Assembly: GCA_964016885.1 (NCBI GenBank)
Contig: OZ024745.1
Coordinates: 2,852,001-2,916,000 of the forward strand
DNA: 64,000 nt
Reading direction: 5' to 3'
DNA from: Eledone cirrhosa
Lineage: Eukaryota
This document shows positions 15,001-29,300 of the stretch, in pieces. How positions within the stretch are numbered: the stretch's first letter is position 1; each line of letters begins with the position of its first letter. The position numbers and the translations under genes were made by a program. Below the pieces are notes generated by a model that searched no databases, was not told the DNA's origin, and saw only the letters and a program-made list of their open reading frames with translations.

Positions 15001-18000
15001 TATAACAGTGTTGGTGGTTGTATGGTAGAACCACTGGTTATATAATTATATAACAGTGTTGGCGGTTGTATGGTAGAACCAGTTATATAATTATATAACA
15101 GTGTTGGTGGTTGTATGGTAGAACGAGTTATATAATTATATAACAATTTTGTGGTTGTATGGTAGAACCAGTTATATAATTATATAACAGTTTTGGTGGT
15201 TGTATGGTAGAACCAGTTATATAATTATATAACAGTGTTGGTGGTTGCATGGTAGAACCAGTTATATAATTATATAACAGTGTTGGCGGTTGTATGGTAG
15301 AACCAGTTATATAATTATATAACAGTGTTGGTGGTTGTATGGTAGAACCAGTTATATAATTATATAACAGTGTTGGTGGTTGTATGGTAGAACGAGTTAT
15401 ATAATTATATAACAGTGTTGGTGGTTGTATGGTAGAACGAGTTATATAATTATATAACAGTGTTGGTGGTTGTATGGTAGAACCAGTTATATAATTATAT
15501 AACAGTGTTGGTGGTTGTATGGTAGAACCAGTTATATAATTATATAACAGTCTTGGCGGTTGTATGGTAGAACCAGTTATATAATTATATAACAGTGTTG
15601 GTGGTTGTATGGTAGAACCAGTTATATAATTATATAACAGTGTTGGTGGTTGTATGGTAGAACCAGTTATATAATTATATAACAGTGTTGGTGGTTGTAT
15701 GGTAGAACCAGTTATATAATTATATAACAGTGTTGGTGGTTGTATGGTAGAACCAGTTATATAATTATATAACAGTGTTGGTGGTTGTATGGTAGAACCA
15801 GTTATATAATTATATAACAGTGTTGGTGGTTGTATGGTAGAACGAGTTATATAATTATATAACAGTGTTGGTGGTTGTATGGTAGAACGAGTTATATAAT
15901 TATATAACAGTGTTGGTGGCTGTATTGTAGAACCAGTTATATAATTATATAACAGTGTTGGTGGTTGTATGGTAGAACCACTGGTTATATAATTATATAA
16001 CAGTGTTGGCGGTTGTATGGTAGAACCAGTTATATAATTATATAACAGTGTTGGTGGTTGTATGGTAGAACGAGTTATATAATTATATAACAGTGTTGGT
16101 GGTTGTATGGTAGAACCAGTTATATAATTATATAACAGTGTTGGTGGTTGTATGGTAGAACCAGTTATATAATTATATAACAGTGTTGGTGGTTGTATGG
16201 TAGAACGAGTTATATAATTATATAACAGTGTTGGTGGTTGTATGGTAGAACCAGTTATATAATTATATAACAGTGTTGGTGGTTGTATGGTAGAACCACT
16301 GGTTATATAATTATATAACAGTTTTGGCGGTTGTATGGTAGAACCAGTTATATAATTATATAACAGTGTTAGTGGTTGTATGGTAGAACGAGTTATATAA
16401 TTATATAACAGTGTTGGTGGTTGTATGGTAGAAGCAGTTATATAATTATATAACAGTGTTGGTGGTTGTATGGTAGAACCAGTTATATAATTATATAACA
16501 GTGTTGGTGGCTGTATGGTAGAACCACTGGTTATATAATTATATAACAGTGTTGGCGGTTGTATGGTAGAACCAGCTATATAATTATATAACAGTTGGTC
16601 GTAGTTGTATGGTAGAACCAGTGATATAATTATATAACAGTTTTGGTGGTTGTATGGTAGAACCAGTTATATAATTATATAACAGTGTTGGTGGTTGTAT
16701 GGTAGAACCAGTTATACAATTATATAACAGTTGGTGGTAGTATGGTAGAACCAGTTATATAATTATATAACAGTGTTGGTGGTTGTATGGTAGAACCAGT
16801 TATATAATTATATAACAGTTGGTGGTTGTATGGAAGAACCAGCTATATAATTATATAACAGTGTTGGTGGTTGTATGGTAGAACCTGTTATATAATTATA
16901 TAACAGTTTTGGTCGTTGTATGGTAGAACCAGTTATATAATTAGATAAATGTTGGTGGTTGTATGGTAGAACCAGCTATATAATTATATAACAGTGTTGG
17001 TGGGTGTATGGTAGAGCCAGTTATATAATTATATAACAGTGTTGGTGGGTGTATGGTAGAACCAGTTATATAATTATATAACAGTTGGTGGTTGTATGGT
17101 AGAACCAGTTATATAATTATATAACAGTTGGTGGTTGTATGGTAGAACCAGTTATATAATTATATAACAGTTGGTGGTTGTATGGTAGAACCAGCTATAT
17201 AATTATATAACAGTTGGTGGCTGTATGGTAGAACCAGTTATATAATTATATAACAGTTGGTCGTTGTATAGTAGAACCAGTTATATAATTATATAACAGT
17301 GTTGGTGGCTGTATGGTAGAACCAGTTATATAATTATATAACAGTTGGTGGTTGTATGGTAGAACCAGTTATATAATTATATAACAGTGTTATTGGTTGT
17401 ATGGTAGAACGAGTTGTATAATTATATAACAGTTTTGGTGCTTGTATGGTAGAACCAGTTATATAATTTTATAACAATGTTGGTGGTTGTATGGTAGAAC
17501 CAGTTATATAATTATATAACAGTTGGTGGTTGTATGGTAGAACCAGTTATATAATTATATAACAGTGTTGGTGGTTGTATGGTAGAACCAGTTATATAAT
17601 TATATAACAGTGTTGGTGGTTGTATGGTAGAACCAGTTATATAATTATATAACAGTTGGGGATTGTATGGTAGAACCAGTTATATAATTATATAACAGTG
17701 TTGGTGGTTGTATGGTAGAACCACTGGTTATATAATTATATAACAGTGTTGGCGGTTGTATGGTAGAACCAGTTATATAATTATATAACAGTTGGTGGTT
17801 GTATGGTAGAACCAGTTATATAATTATATAACAGTGTTGGTGGTTGTATGGTAGAACGAGTTATATAATTATATAACAGTTTGGTGGTTGTATGGTAGAA
17901 CGAGTTATATAATTATATAACAGTTTTGGTGGTTGTATGGTAGAACCAGTTATATAATTATATAACAGTGTTGGTGGTTGCATGGTAGAACCAGTTATAT

Positions 18001-21000
18001 AATTATATAACAGTGTTGGCGGTTGTATGGTAGAACCAGTTATATAATTATATAACAGTGTTGGTGCTTGTATGGTAGAACCAGTTATATAATTATATAA
18101 CAGTGTTGGTGGTTGTATGGTAGAACGAGTTATATAATTATATAACAGTGTTGGTGGTTGTATGGTAGAACGAGTTATATAATTATATAACAGTGTTGGT
18201 GGTTGTATGGTAGAACCAGTTATATAATTATATAACAGTGTTGGTGGTTGTATGGTAGAACCAGTTATATAATTATATAACAGTGTTGGCGGTTGTATGG
18301 TAGAACCAGTTATATAATTATATAACAGTGTTGGTGGTTGTATGGTAGAACCAGTTATATAATTATATAACAGTGTTGGCGGTTGTATGGTAGAACCAGT
18401 TATATAATTATATAACAGTGTTGGTGGTTGTATGGTAGAACCAGTTATATAATTATATAACAGTGTTGGTGGTTGTATGGTAGAACGAGTTACATAATTA
18501 TATAACAGGGTTGGTGGTTGTATGGTAGAACCAGTTATATAATTATATAACAGTGTTGGTGGTTGTATGGTAGAACCAGTTATATAATTATATAACAGTG
18601 TTGGTGGTTGTATGGTAGAACGAGTTATATAATTATATAACAGTGTTGGTGGTTGTATGGTAGAACGAGTTATATAATTATATAACAGTGTTGGTGGTTG
18701 TATTGTAGAACCAGTTATATAATTATATAACAGTGTTGGTGGTTGTATGGTAGAACCACTGGTTATATAATTATATAACAGTGTTGGCGGTTGTATGGTA
18801 GAACCAGTTATATAATTATATAACAGTGTTGGTGGTTGTATGGTAGAACGATTATATAATTATATAACAGTGTTGATGGTTGTATGGTAGAACGAGTTAT
18901 ATAATTATATAACAGTGTTGGTGGTTGTATGGTAGAACCAGTTATATAATTATATAACAGTGTTGGTGGTTGTATGGTAGAACCAGTTATATAATTATAT
19001 AACAGTGTTGGTGGTTGTATGGTAGAACGAGTTATATAATTATATAACAGTGTTGGTGGTTGTATGGTAGAACCAGTTATATAATTATATAACAGTGTTG
19101 GTGGTTGTATGGTAGAACCACTGGTTATATAATTATATAACAGTGTTGGCGGTTGTATGGTAGAACCAGTTATATAATTATATAACAGTGTTAGTGGTTG
19201 TATGGTAGAACCAGTTATATAATTATATAACAGTGTTGATGGTTGTATGGTAGAACCAGTTATATTATTATATAACAGTGTTGGTGGTTGTATGGTAGAA
19301 CCAGTTATATAATTATATAACAGTGTTGGTGGCTGTATGGTAGAACCACTGGTTATATAATTATATAAAAGTGTTGGCGGTTGTATGGTAGAACCAGCTA
19401 TATAATTATATAACAGTGTTGGTGGTTGTATTGTAGAACCAGTTATATAATTATATAACAGTGTTGGTGGTTGTATGGTAGAACCACTGGTTATATAATT
19501 ATATAACAGTGTTGGCGGTTGTATGGTAGAACCAGTTATATAATTATATAACAGTGTTGGTGGTTGTATGGTAGAACGAGTTATATAATTATATAACAGT
19601 GTTGATGGTTGTATGGTAGAACGAGTTATATAATTATATAACAGTGTTGGTGGTTGTATGGTAGAACCAGTTATATAATTATATAACAGTGTTGGTGGTT
19701 GTATGGTAGAACCAGTTATATACTTATATAACAGTGTTGGTGGTTGTATGGTAGAACGAGTTATATAATTATATAACAGTGTTGGTGGTTGTATGGTAGA
19801 ACCAGTTATAAAATTATATAACAGTGTTGGTGGTTGTATGGTAGAACCACTGGTTATATAATTATATAACAGTGTTGGCGGTTGTATGGTAGAACCAGTT
19901 ATATAATTATATAACAGTGTTAGTGGTTGTATGGTAGAACGAGTTATATAATTATATAACAGTGTTGGTGGTTGTATGGTAGAACCAGTTATATAATTAT
20001 ATAACAGTGTTGGTGGTTGTATGGTAGAACCAGTTATATAATTATATAACAGTGTTGGTGGCTGTATGGTAGAACCACTGGTTATATAATTATATAACAG
20101 TGTTGGCGGTTGTATGGTAGAACCAGCTATATAATTATATAACAGTTGGTGGTAGTTGTATGGTAGAACCAGTGATATAATTATATAACAGTTTTGGTGG
20201 TTGTATGGTAGAACCAGTTATATAATTATATAACAGTGTTGGTGGTTGTATGGTAGAACCAGTTATACAATTATATAACAGTTGGTGGTAGTATGGTAGA
20301 ACCAGTTATATAATTATATAAGTGTTGGTGGTTGTATGGTAGAACCAGTTATATAATTATATAACAGTTGGTGGTTGTATGGAAGAACCAGCTATATAAT
20401 TATATAACAGTGTTGGTGGTTGTATGGTAGAACCTGTTATATAATTATATAACAGTGTTGGTCGTTGTATGGTAGAACCAGTTATATAATTAGATAAATG
20501 TTGGTGGTTGTATGGTAGAACCAGCTATATAATTATATAACAGTGTTGGTGGGTGTATGGTAGAGCCAGTTATATAATTATATAACAGTGTTGGTGGGTG
20601 TATGGTAGAACCAGTTATATACTTATATAACAGTTGGTGGTTGTATGGTAGAACCAGTTATATAATTATATAACAGTTGGTGGCTGTATGGTAGAACCAG
20701 TTATATAATTATATAACAGTTGGTCGTTGTATAGTAGAACCAGTTATATAATTATATAACAGTGTTGGTGGCTGTATGGTAGAACCAGTTATATAATTAT
20801 ATAACAGTTGGTGGTTGTATGGTAGAACCAGTTATATAATTATATAACAGTGTTAGTGGTTGTATGGTAGAACGAGTTGTATAATTATATAACAGTTTTG
20901 GTGCTTGTATGGTAGAACCAGTTATATAATTATATAACAATGTTGGTGGTTGTATGGTAGAACCAGTTATATAATTATATAACAGTTGGTGGTTGTATGG

Positions 21001-24000
21001 TAGAACCAGTTATATAATTATATAACAGTGTTGGTGGTTGTATGGTAGAACCAGTTATATAATTATATAACAGTGTTGGTGGTTGTATGGTAGAACCAGT
21101 TATATAATTATATAACAGTTGGGGGTTGTATGGTAGAACCAGTTATATAATTATATAACAGTGTTGGTGGTTGTATGGTAGAACCACTGGTTATATAATT
21201 ATATAACAGTGTTGGCGGTTGTATGGTAGAACCAGTTATATAATTATATAACAGTTGGTGGTTGTATGGTAGAACCAGTTATATAATTATATAACAGTTG
21301 GTGGTTGTATGGTAGAACCAGTTATATAATTATATAACAGTGTTGGTGGTTGAATGGTAGAACCAGTTATATAATTATATAACAGTTGGTGGTTGTATGG
21401 TAGAACCAGTTATATAATTATATAACAGTGTTGGTGGTGTATGGTAGAACCAGTTATATAATTATATAACAGTGTTGGTGGTTGTATGGTAGAACGAGTT
21501 ATATAATTATATAACAGTGTTGGTGGTTGTATGGTAGAACCAGTTATATAATTATATAACAGTGTTGGTGGTTGTATGGTAGAACCAGTTATATAATTAG
21601 ATAACACTTGGTGGGTGTATGGAAGAACCAGCTATATAATTATATAACAGTTGGTGGTTGTATGGTAGAACCAGTTATATAATTATATAACAGTGTTGGT
21701 GGCTGTATGGTAGAACCAGTTATATAATTATATAACAGTTTGTGGTTGTATGGTAAAACCAGTTATATAATTATATAACAGTGTTGGTAGTTGTATGGTA
21801 GAATCAGTTATATAATTATATAACAGTGCTGGTGGTTGTATGGTAGAACCAGTTATATAATTATATAACAGTGTTGGTAGTTGTATGGTAGAACCAGTTA
21901 TATAATTATATAACAGTTGGTGGTTGTATGGTAGAACCAGTTATATAATTATATAACAGTGTTGGTGGTTGTATGGTAGAACCAGTTATATAATTATATA
22001 ACAGTTTGTGGTTGTATGGTAGAACCAGTTATATAATTATATAACAGTGTTGGTGGTTGTATGGTAGAACCATTTATATAATTATATAACAGTGTTGGTG
22101 GTTTTATGGTAGAACCAGTTATATAATTATATAACAGTGTTGGTGGTTGAATGGTAGAACCAGTTATATAATTATATAACAGTTGGTGGTTGTATGGTAG
22201 AACCAGTTATATAATTATATAACAGTTGGTGGTGGGTGTATGGTAGAACCAGTTATATAATTATATAACAGTGTTGGTGGTTGTATGGTAGAACCAGTTA
22301 TATAATTATATAACAGTGTTGGTGGTTGAATGGTAGAACCAGTTATATAATTATATAACAGTTGGTGGTTGTATGGTAGAACCAGTTATATAATTATATA
22401 ACAATGTTGGTGGTGTATGGTAGAACCAGTTATATAATTATATTACAGTGTTGGTGGTTGTATGGTAGAACCAATTATATAATTATATAACAGTGTTGGT
22501 GGTTGTATGGTAGAACCAGTTATATAATTATATAACAGTGTTGGTGGTTGTATGGTAGAACCAGTTATATAATTATATAACAGTTGGTGGTTGTATGGTA
22601 GAACCAGTTATATAATTATATAACAGTGTTGGTGGTTGAATGGTAGAACCAGTTATATAATTATATAACAGTTGGTGGTTGTATGGTAGAACCAGTTATA
22701 TAATTATATAACAGTGTTGGTGGTGTATGGTAGAACCAGTTATATAATTATATAACAGTGTTGGTGGTTGTATGGTAGAACGAGTTATATAATTATATAA
22801 CAGTGTTGGTGGTTGTATGGTAGAACCAGTTATATAATTATATAACAGTGTTGGTGGTTGTATGGTAGAACCAGTTATATAATTAGATAACACTTGGTGG
22901 GTGTATGGAAGAACCAGCTATATAATTATATAACAGTTGGTGGTTGTATGGTAGAACCAGTTATATAATTATATAACAGTGTTGGTGGCTGTATGGTAGA
23001 ACCAGTTATATAATTATATAACAGTTTGTGGTTGTATGGTAAAACCAGTTATATAATTATATAACAGTGTTGGTAGTTGTATGGTAGAACCAGTTATATA
23101 ATTATATAACAGTGCTGGTGGTTGTATGGTAGAACCAGTTATATAATTATATAACAGTGTTGGTAGTTGTATGGTAGAACCAGTTATATAATTATATAAC
23201 AGTTGGTGGTTGTATGGTAGAACCAGTTATATAATTATATAACAGTGTTGGTGGTTGTATGGTAGAACCAGTTATATAATTATATAACAGTTTGTGGTTG
23301 TATGGTAGAACCAGTTATATAATTATATAACAGTGTTGGTGGTTGTATGGTAGAACCATTTATATAATTATATAACAGTGTTGATGGTTGTATGGTAGAA
23401 CCATTTATATAATTATATAACAATGTTCGTGGTTGTATGGTAGAACCAGTTATATAATTATATAACAGTTGGTGGTTGTATGGTAGAACCAGTTATATAA
23501 TTATATAACAGTGTTTGTGGTTGTATGGTAGAACCAGTTATATAATTATATAACAGTGATGGTGGTTGTATGGTAGAACCAGTTATATAATTATATAACA
23601 GTGTTGGTGGTTGTATGGTAGAACCAGTTATATAATTATATAACAGTGTTGGTGGTTGTATGGTAGAACCAGTTATATAATTATATAACAGTTGGTGGTT
23701 GTATGGTAGAACTAGTTATATAATTATATAACAGTTGGTGGTTGTATGGTAGAACCAGTTATATAATTATATAACAGTGTTTGTGGTTGTATGGTAGAAC
23801 CAGTTATATAATTATATAACAGTGATGGTGGTTGTATGGTAGAACCAGTTATATAATTATATAACAGTGTTGGTAGTTGTATTGTAGAACCAGTTATATA
23901 ATTATATAACAGTTGGTGGTGGGTGTATGGTAGAACCAGTTATATAATTATATAACAGTGTTCGTGGTTGTATGGTAGAACCAGTTATATAATTATATAA

Positions 24001-24410
24001 CAGTTGGTTGTTGTATGGTAGAACCAGTTATATAATTATATAACAGTTGGTGGTTGTATGGTAGAACTAGTTATATAATTATATAACAGTTGGTGGTTGT
24101 ATGGTAGAACCAGTTATATAATTATATAACAGTGTTGGTGGTTGTATGGTAGAACCAGTTATATAATTATATAACAGTTGGTGGTTGTATGTTAGAACCA
24201 GTTATATAATTATATAACAGTGTTGGTGGTTGTATGGTAGAACCAGTTATATAATTATATAACAGTTGGTGGTTGTATGGTAGAATCAGTTATATAATTA
24301 TATAACAGTGTTGTTGGTTGGATGGTAGAACCAGTTATATAATTATATAACTGTGTTGGTGGTTGCATGGTAGAACCAGTTATATAATTATATAACAGTG
24401 TTGGTGGTTG
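1..24410. repeat. Satellite A: 45-bp tandem repeat (GTATGGTAGAACCAGTTATATAATTATATAACAGTGTTGGTGGTT), about 540 copies, with 43- and 48-bp variants; continues left of the window
   Basis: 45-bp period read directly and mirrored by the 15-aa period of the minus-strand ORFs. Each unit contains the perfect 18-bp palindrome GTTATATAATTATATAAC. Confidence 0.98.
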
Positions 24411-24892
24411 GTGGATCTATAATTACCTTTACATGTAGCTATAATCCCCTCAGCTATAATTATGTGGCAATAACCATCTTTTCCTTGCCATGGATGACTC
24501 CCTCTCACTTTTGTTTAGAAAGTATTTAGTAATTATCCTTTGGGTGTTTGAGATGAAGTTCTGTACGTTAGACTGAGCTATGATGTATCTACAAGCAGAA
24601 ATATGCTAAATCTTCTGCCAAACGACATTGTTGTCTGTTTATCTGTAGAAACGTTACACATTTCCCTCGTTTTCCGCCAACTAATGCTAAAGTTTCTCAG
24701 CTCAGGTTCTATGTACGGTCCTGTAACTCCCGGGGAAGTTGTAGGGGCGCCATGTTGACATACAGTGTTTCTAGGGCATTTTGTAAAACCTGGCGGAGCC
24801 CATTTCCTTTCAATGTCTGAATACAGCAGATTTCTTTCAGAGAAGAATAGAGAGAGTGAAAGAAAGGAAGTGAGAAAGAGATATAGAAGGAG

Positions 24893-25050
24893 CATCGACC
24901 CTAGTACTTGACTGGTACTTGTTTATCGACCTTAAATGGATGAAAGGCAAAATTGCCCTCGGCTGGATTTGAACTCAGAGAGCAGAAAGTCGGAATGAAT
25001 ACCATAAAGCATTCTGTCCGACTTTCTATCGACTCTGCCAATCAGCCACC
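24893..25050 (-). mobile_element. tRNA-derived SINE (octopus-type), diverged and probably 3'-truncated
   Basis: Minus strand begins GGTGGCTGATTGGCAGAGTCG with an A-box-like TGGCAGAGTCG (25030-25040) and a B-box GAGTTCAAATCC (24965-24976). These are followed by GCCTTTCATCCATTTAAGGTCGATAAACAAGTACCAG, which resembles a conserved SINE central domain (Meta/MESC-like, from memory). Confidence 0.85.
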
Positions 25051-25389
25051 TCAAGTTGAGTATCTTTATATCTTTATATTCGTTATATTTATTGAGTTGT
25101 TCGCCAAACATCAATTTACTGTTCGCTCCTCAATATATATGGAATGTATTTCTTAGGTGTCTGTTTCCGTATCGTTTCAATGATATGAAGCGGAAATGAA
25201 AGTTATTTAAATTGACTTTTCTCTCTCCATTTGTGATGTCTATTCCTGTTAATTTTGATATGAAAGTTGCCAGCACTGGTTACTCAAGCAGAAGATCTCT
25301 TCCAGTATCTAGTTACTATCAATATCGCCATTTCGGAAAAGAAAAAGAACATTATATCATATGAACTTAATTAAAGAAAATACTTCTGG

Positions 25390-25839
25390 CAGCTATATAC
25401 TGCTAAGGTAGTTAAAATACTAATGTGGTGCTGTGTCCTTATTTACAGCTATATACTGCTAAGGTAGTTAAAATACTCATGTGGTGCTGTGTCCTTATTT
25501 ACAGCTATATACTGCTAAGGTAGTTAAAATACTCATGTGGTGCTGTGTCCTTATTTACAGCTATATACTGCTAAGGTAGGTGAAATACTCATGTGGTGCT
25601 GTGTCCTTATTTACAGCTATATACTGCTAAGGTAGGTGAAATACTCATGTGGTGCTGTGTCCTTATTTACAGCTATATACTGCTAAGGTAGGTGAAATAC
25701 TCATGTGGTGCTGTGACCTTATTTACAGCTATATACTGCTAAGGTAGGTGAAATACTCATGTGGTGCTGTGACCTTATTTACAGCTATATACTGCTAAGG
25801 TAGGTGAAATACTCATGTGGTGCTGTGTCCTTATTTACA
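25390..25839. repeat. 56-bp minisatellite, 8 copies (CAGCTATATACTGCTAAGGTAGGTGAAATACTCATGTGGTGCTGTGTCCTTATTTA)
   Basis: Units start at 25390, 25446, 25502, 25558, 25614, 25670, 25726 and 25782. The first three carry GTAGTTAAAA and the last five GTAGGTGAAA. Confidence 0.97.
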
Positions 25840-25894
25840 AACGTCAACATATATAGGTATATATGTATATATGTATATATATATCTGTATATAG

Positions 25895-26305
<411 letters not shown>

Positions 26306-26310
<5 letters not shown>

Positions 26311-29300
26311 GTGACATCCTACTATAGAACTGTTCTATAGTGTCAGCCCCAATATATCTGGTGACACACCATCCTACTATAGAACTGTTCTATAGTGTCA
26401 CCCCTAATATATCTGGTGACACACCATCCTACTATAGAACTGTTCTATAGTGACACACCATCCTACTATAGAACTGTTCTATAGTGTCACCCCCAATATA
26501 TCTGGTGACACACCATCCTACTATAGAACTGTTCTATAGTGTCACCCCTAATATATCTGGTGACACACCATCCTACTATAGAACTGTTCGATAGTGACAC
26601 ACCATCCTACTATAGAACTGTTCTATAGTGACACACCATCCTACTATAGAACTGTTCTATAGTGACACACCATCCTACTATAGAACTGTTCTATAGTGAC
26701 ACACCATCCTACTATAGAAGTGTTCTATAGTGACACACAATCCTACTATAGAACTGTTCTATAGTGTCACCCCTAATATATCTGATGACACACCATCCTA
26801 CTATAGAACTGTTCTATAGTGTCACACCATCCTACTATAGAACTGTTCTATAGTGACACACATTCCTACTATACAACTATTCTATAGTGAGACACCATCC
26901 TACTATAGAACTGTTCTATAGTGACACACCATCCTACTATAGAACTGTTCTATAGTGACACACCATCCTACTATAGAACTGTTCTATAGTGACACACCAT
27001 CCTACTATAGAACTGTTCTATAGTGACACACCATCCTACTATAGAACTGTTCTATAGTGTCACCCCTAATATATCTGGTGACACACCATCCTACTATAGA
27101 ACTGTTCTATAGTGACACACCATCCTACTATACAACTGTTCTATAGTGACACACCATCCTACTATAGAACTGTTCTATAGTGTCACCCCCTATATATCTG
27201 GTGACACACCATCCTACTATAGAACTGTTCTATAGTGACACACCATCCTACTATAGAACTGTTCTATAGTGTCACCCCTAATATATCTGGTAACACACCA
27301 TCCTACTATAGAACTGTTCTATAGTGTCACCCCTAATATATCTGGTGACACACCATCCTACTATAGAACTGTTCTATAGTGTCACCCCTAATATATCTGG
27401 TGACACACCATCCTACTATAGAACTGTTCTATAGTGTCACCCCTAATATATCTGCTGACACACCATCCTACTATAGAACTGTTCTATAGTGTCACCCCCA
27501 ATATATCTGGTGACACACCATCCTACTATAGAAATGTTCTATAGTGTCACCCCTAATATATCTGCTGACACACCATCCTACTATAGAACTGTTCTATAGT
27601 GACACACCATCCTACTATACAACTGTTCTATAGTGACACACCATCCTACTATAGAACTGTTCTATAGTGTCACCCCTAATATATCTGCTGACACACCATC
27701 CTACTATAGAACTGTTCTATAGTGTCACCCCCAATATATCTGGTGACACACCATCCTACTATAGAAATGTTCTATAGTGTCACCCCTAATATATCTGCTG
27801 ACACACCATCCTACTATAGAACTGTTCTATAGTGACACACCATCCTACTATACAACTGTTCTATAGTGACACACCATCCTACTATAGAACTGTTCTATAG
27901 TGTCACCCCTAATATATCTGGTGACACACCATCCTACTATAGAACTGTTCTATAGTGTCACCCCTAATATATCTGGTGACACACCATCCTACTATAGAAC
28001 TGTTCTATAGTGACACACCATCCTACTATAGAACTGTTCTATAGTGACACACCATCCTACTATAGAACTGTTCTATAGTGTCACCCCTAATATATCTAGT
28101 GACACACCATCCTACTATAGAACTGTTCTATAGTGACACCCCTAATATATCTGGTGACACACCATCCTACTATAGAACTGTTCTATAGTGTCACCCCTAA
28201 TATATCTGGTGACACACCATATTACTATAGAACTGTTCTATAGTGTCACCCCTAATATATCTGGTGACACACCATCCTACTATAGAACTGTTCTATAGTG
28301 TCACCCCTAATATATCTGGTGACACACCATCCTCCAATAGAACTGTTCTATAGTGTCACCCCTAATATATCTGGTGACACACCATCCTACTATAGAACTG
28401 TTCTATAGTGACACACCATCCTACTATAGAACTGTTCTATAGTGACACACCATCCCACTATAGAACTGTTCTATAGTGACACACCATCCTACTATAGAAC
28501 TGTTCTATAGTGACACACCATCCTACTATAGAACTGTTCTATAGTGACACACCATCCTACTATAGAACTGTTCTATAGTGTCACCCCTAATATATCTGGT
28601 GACACACCATCCTACTATAGAACTGTTCTATAGTGACACACCATCCTACTATACAACTGTTCTATAGTGACACACCATCCTACTATAGAACTGTTCTATA
28701 GTGTCACCCCCTATATATCTGGTGACACACCATCCTACTATAGAACTGTTCTATAGTGTCACCCCTAATATATCTGGTAACACACCATCCTACTATAGAA
28801 CTGTTCTATAGTGTCACCCCTAATATATCTGGTGACACACCATCCTACTATAGAACTGTTCTATAGTGTCACCCCTAATATATCTGGTGACACACCATCC
28901 TACTATAGAACTGTTCTATAGTGTCACCCCTAATATATCTGCTGACACACCATCCTACTATAGAACTGTTCTATAGTGTCACCCCCAATATATCTGGTGA
29001 CACACCATCCTACTATAGAAATGTTCTATAGTGTCACCCCTAATATATCTGCTGACACACCATCCTACTATAGAACTGTTCTATAGTGACACACCATCCT
29101 ACTATACAACTGTTCTATAGTGACACACCATCCTACTATAGAACTGTTCTATAGTGTCACCCCTAATATATCTGCTGACACACCATCCTACTATAGAACT
29201 GTTCTATAGTGTCACCCCCAATATATCTGGTGACACACCATCCTACTATAGAAATGTTCTATAGTGTCACCCCTAATATATCTGCTGACACACCATCCTA

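Noticed and set aside
742-22893. Long minus-strand ORFs with TGSTIQPPTLLYNYI repeats (up to 969 aa)
   Set aside because: By-product of a stop-free 45-bp unit. Starts are mostly non-ATG chance variants, ends are frameshifting 43/44-bp monomers, and there is no unique N- or C-terminal domain.
24960-25050. Possible tRNA gene
   Set aside because: A and B boxes are present, but I could not fold a cloverleaf and the sequence continues into a SINE body.
24578-25156. Short ORFs of 60-105 aa between the two satellites
   Set aside because: No recognisable domain. Two overlap the SINE and one starts in a GA-rich tract.
26320-26345. AGAACTGTTCT as a steroid-receptor or heat-shock element array
   Set aside because: Spacing fits neither AGAACAnnnTGTTCT nor nGAAnnTTCn.
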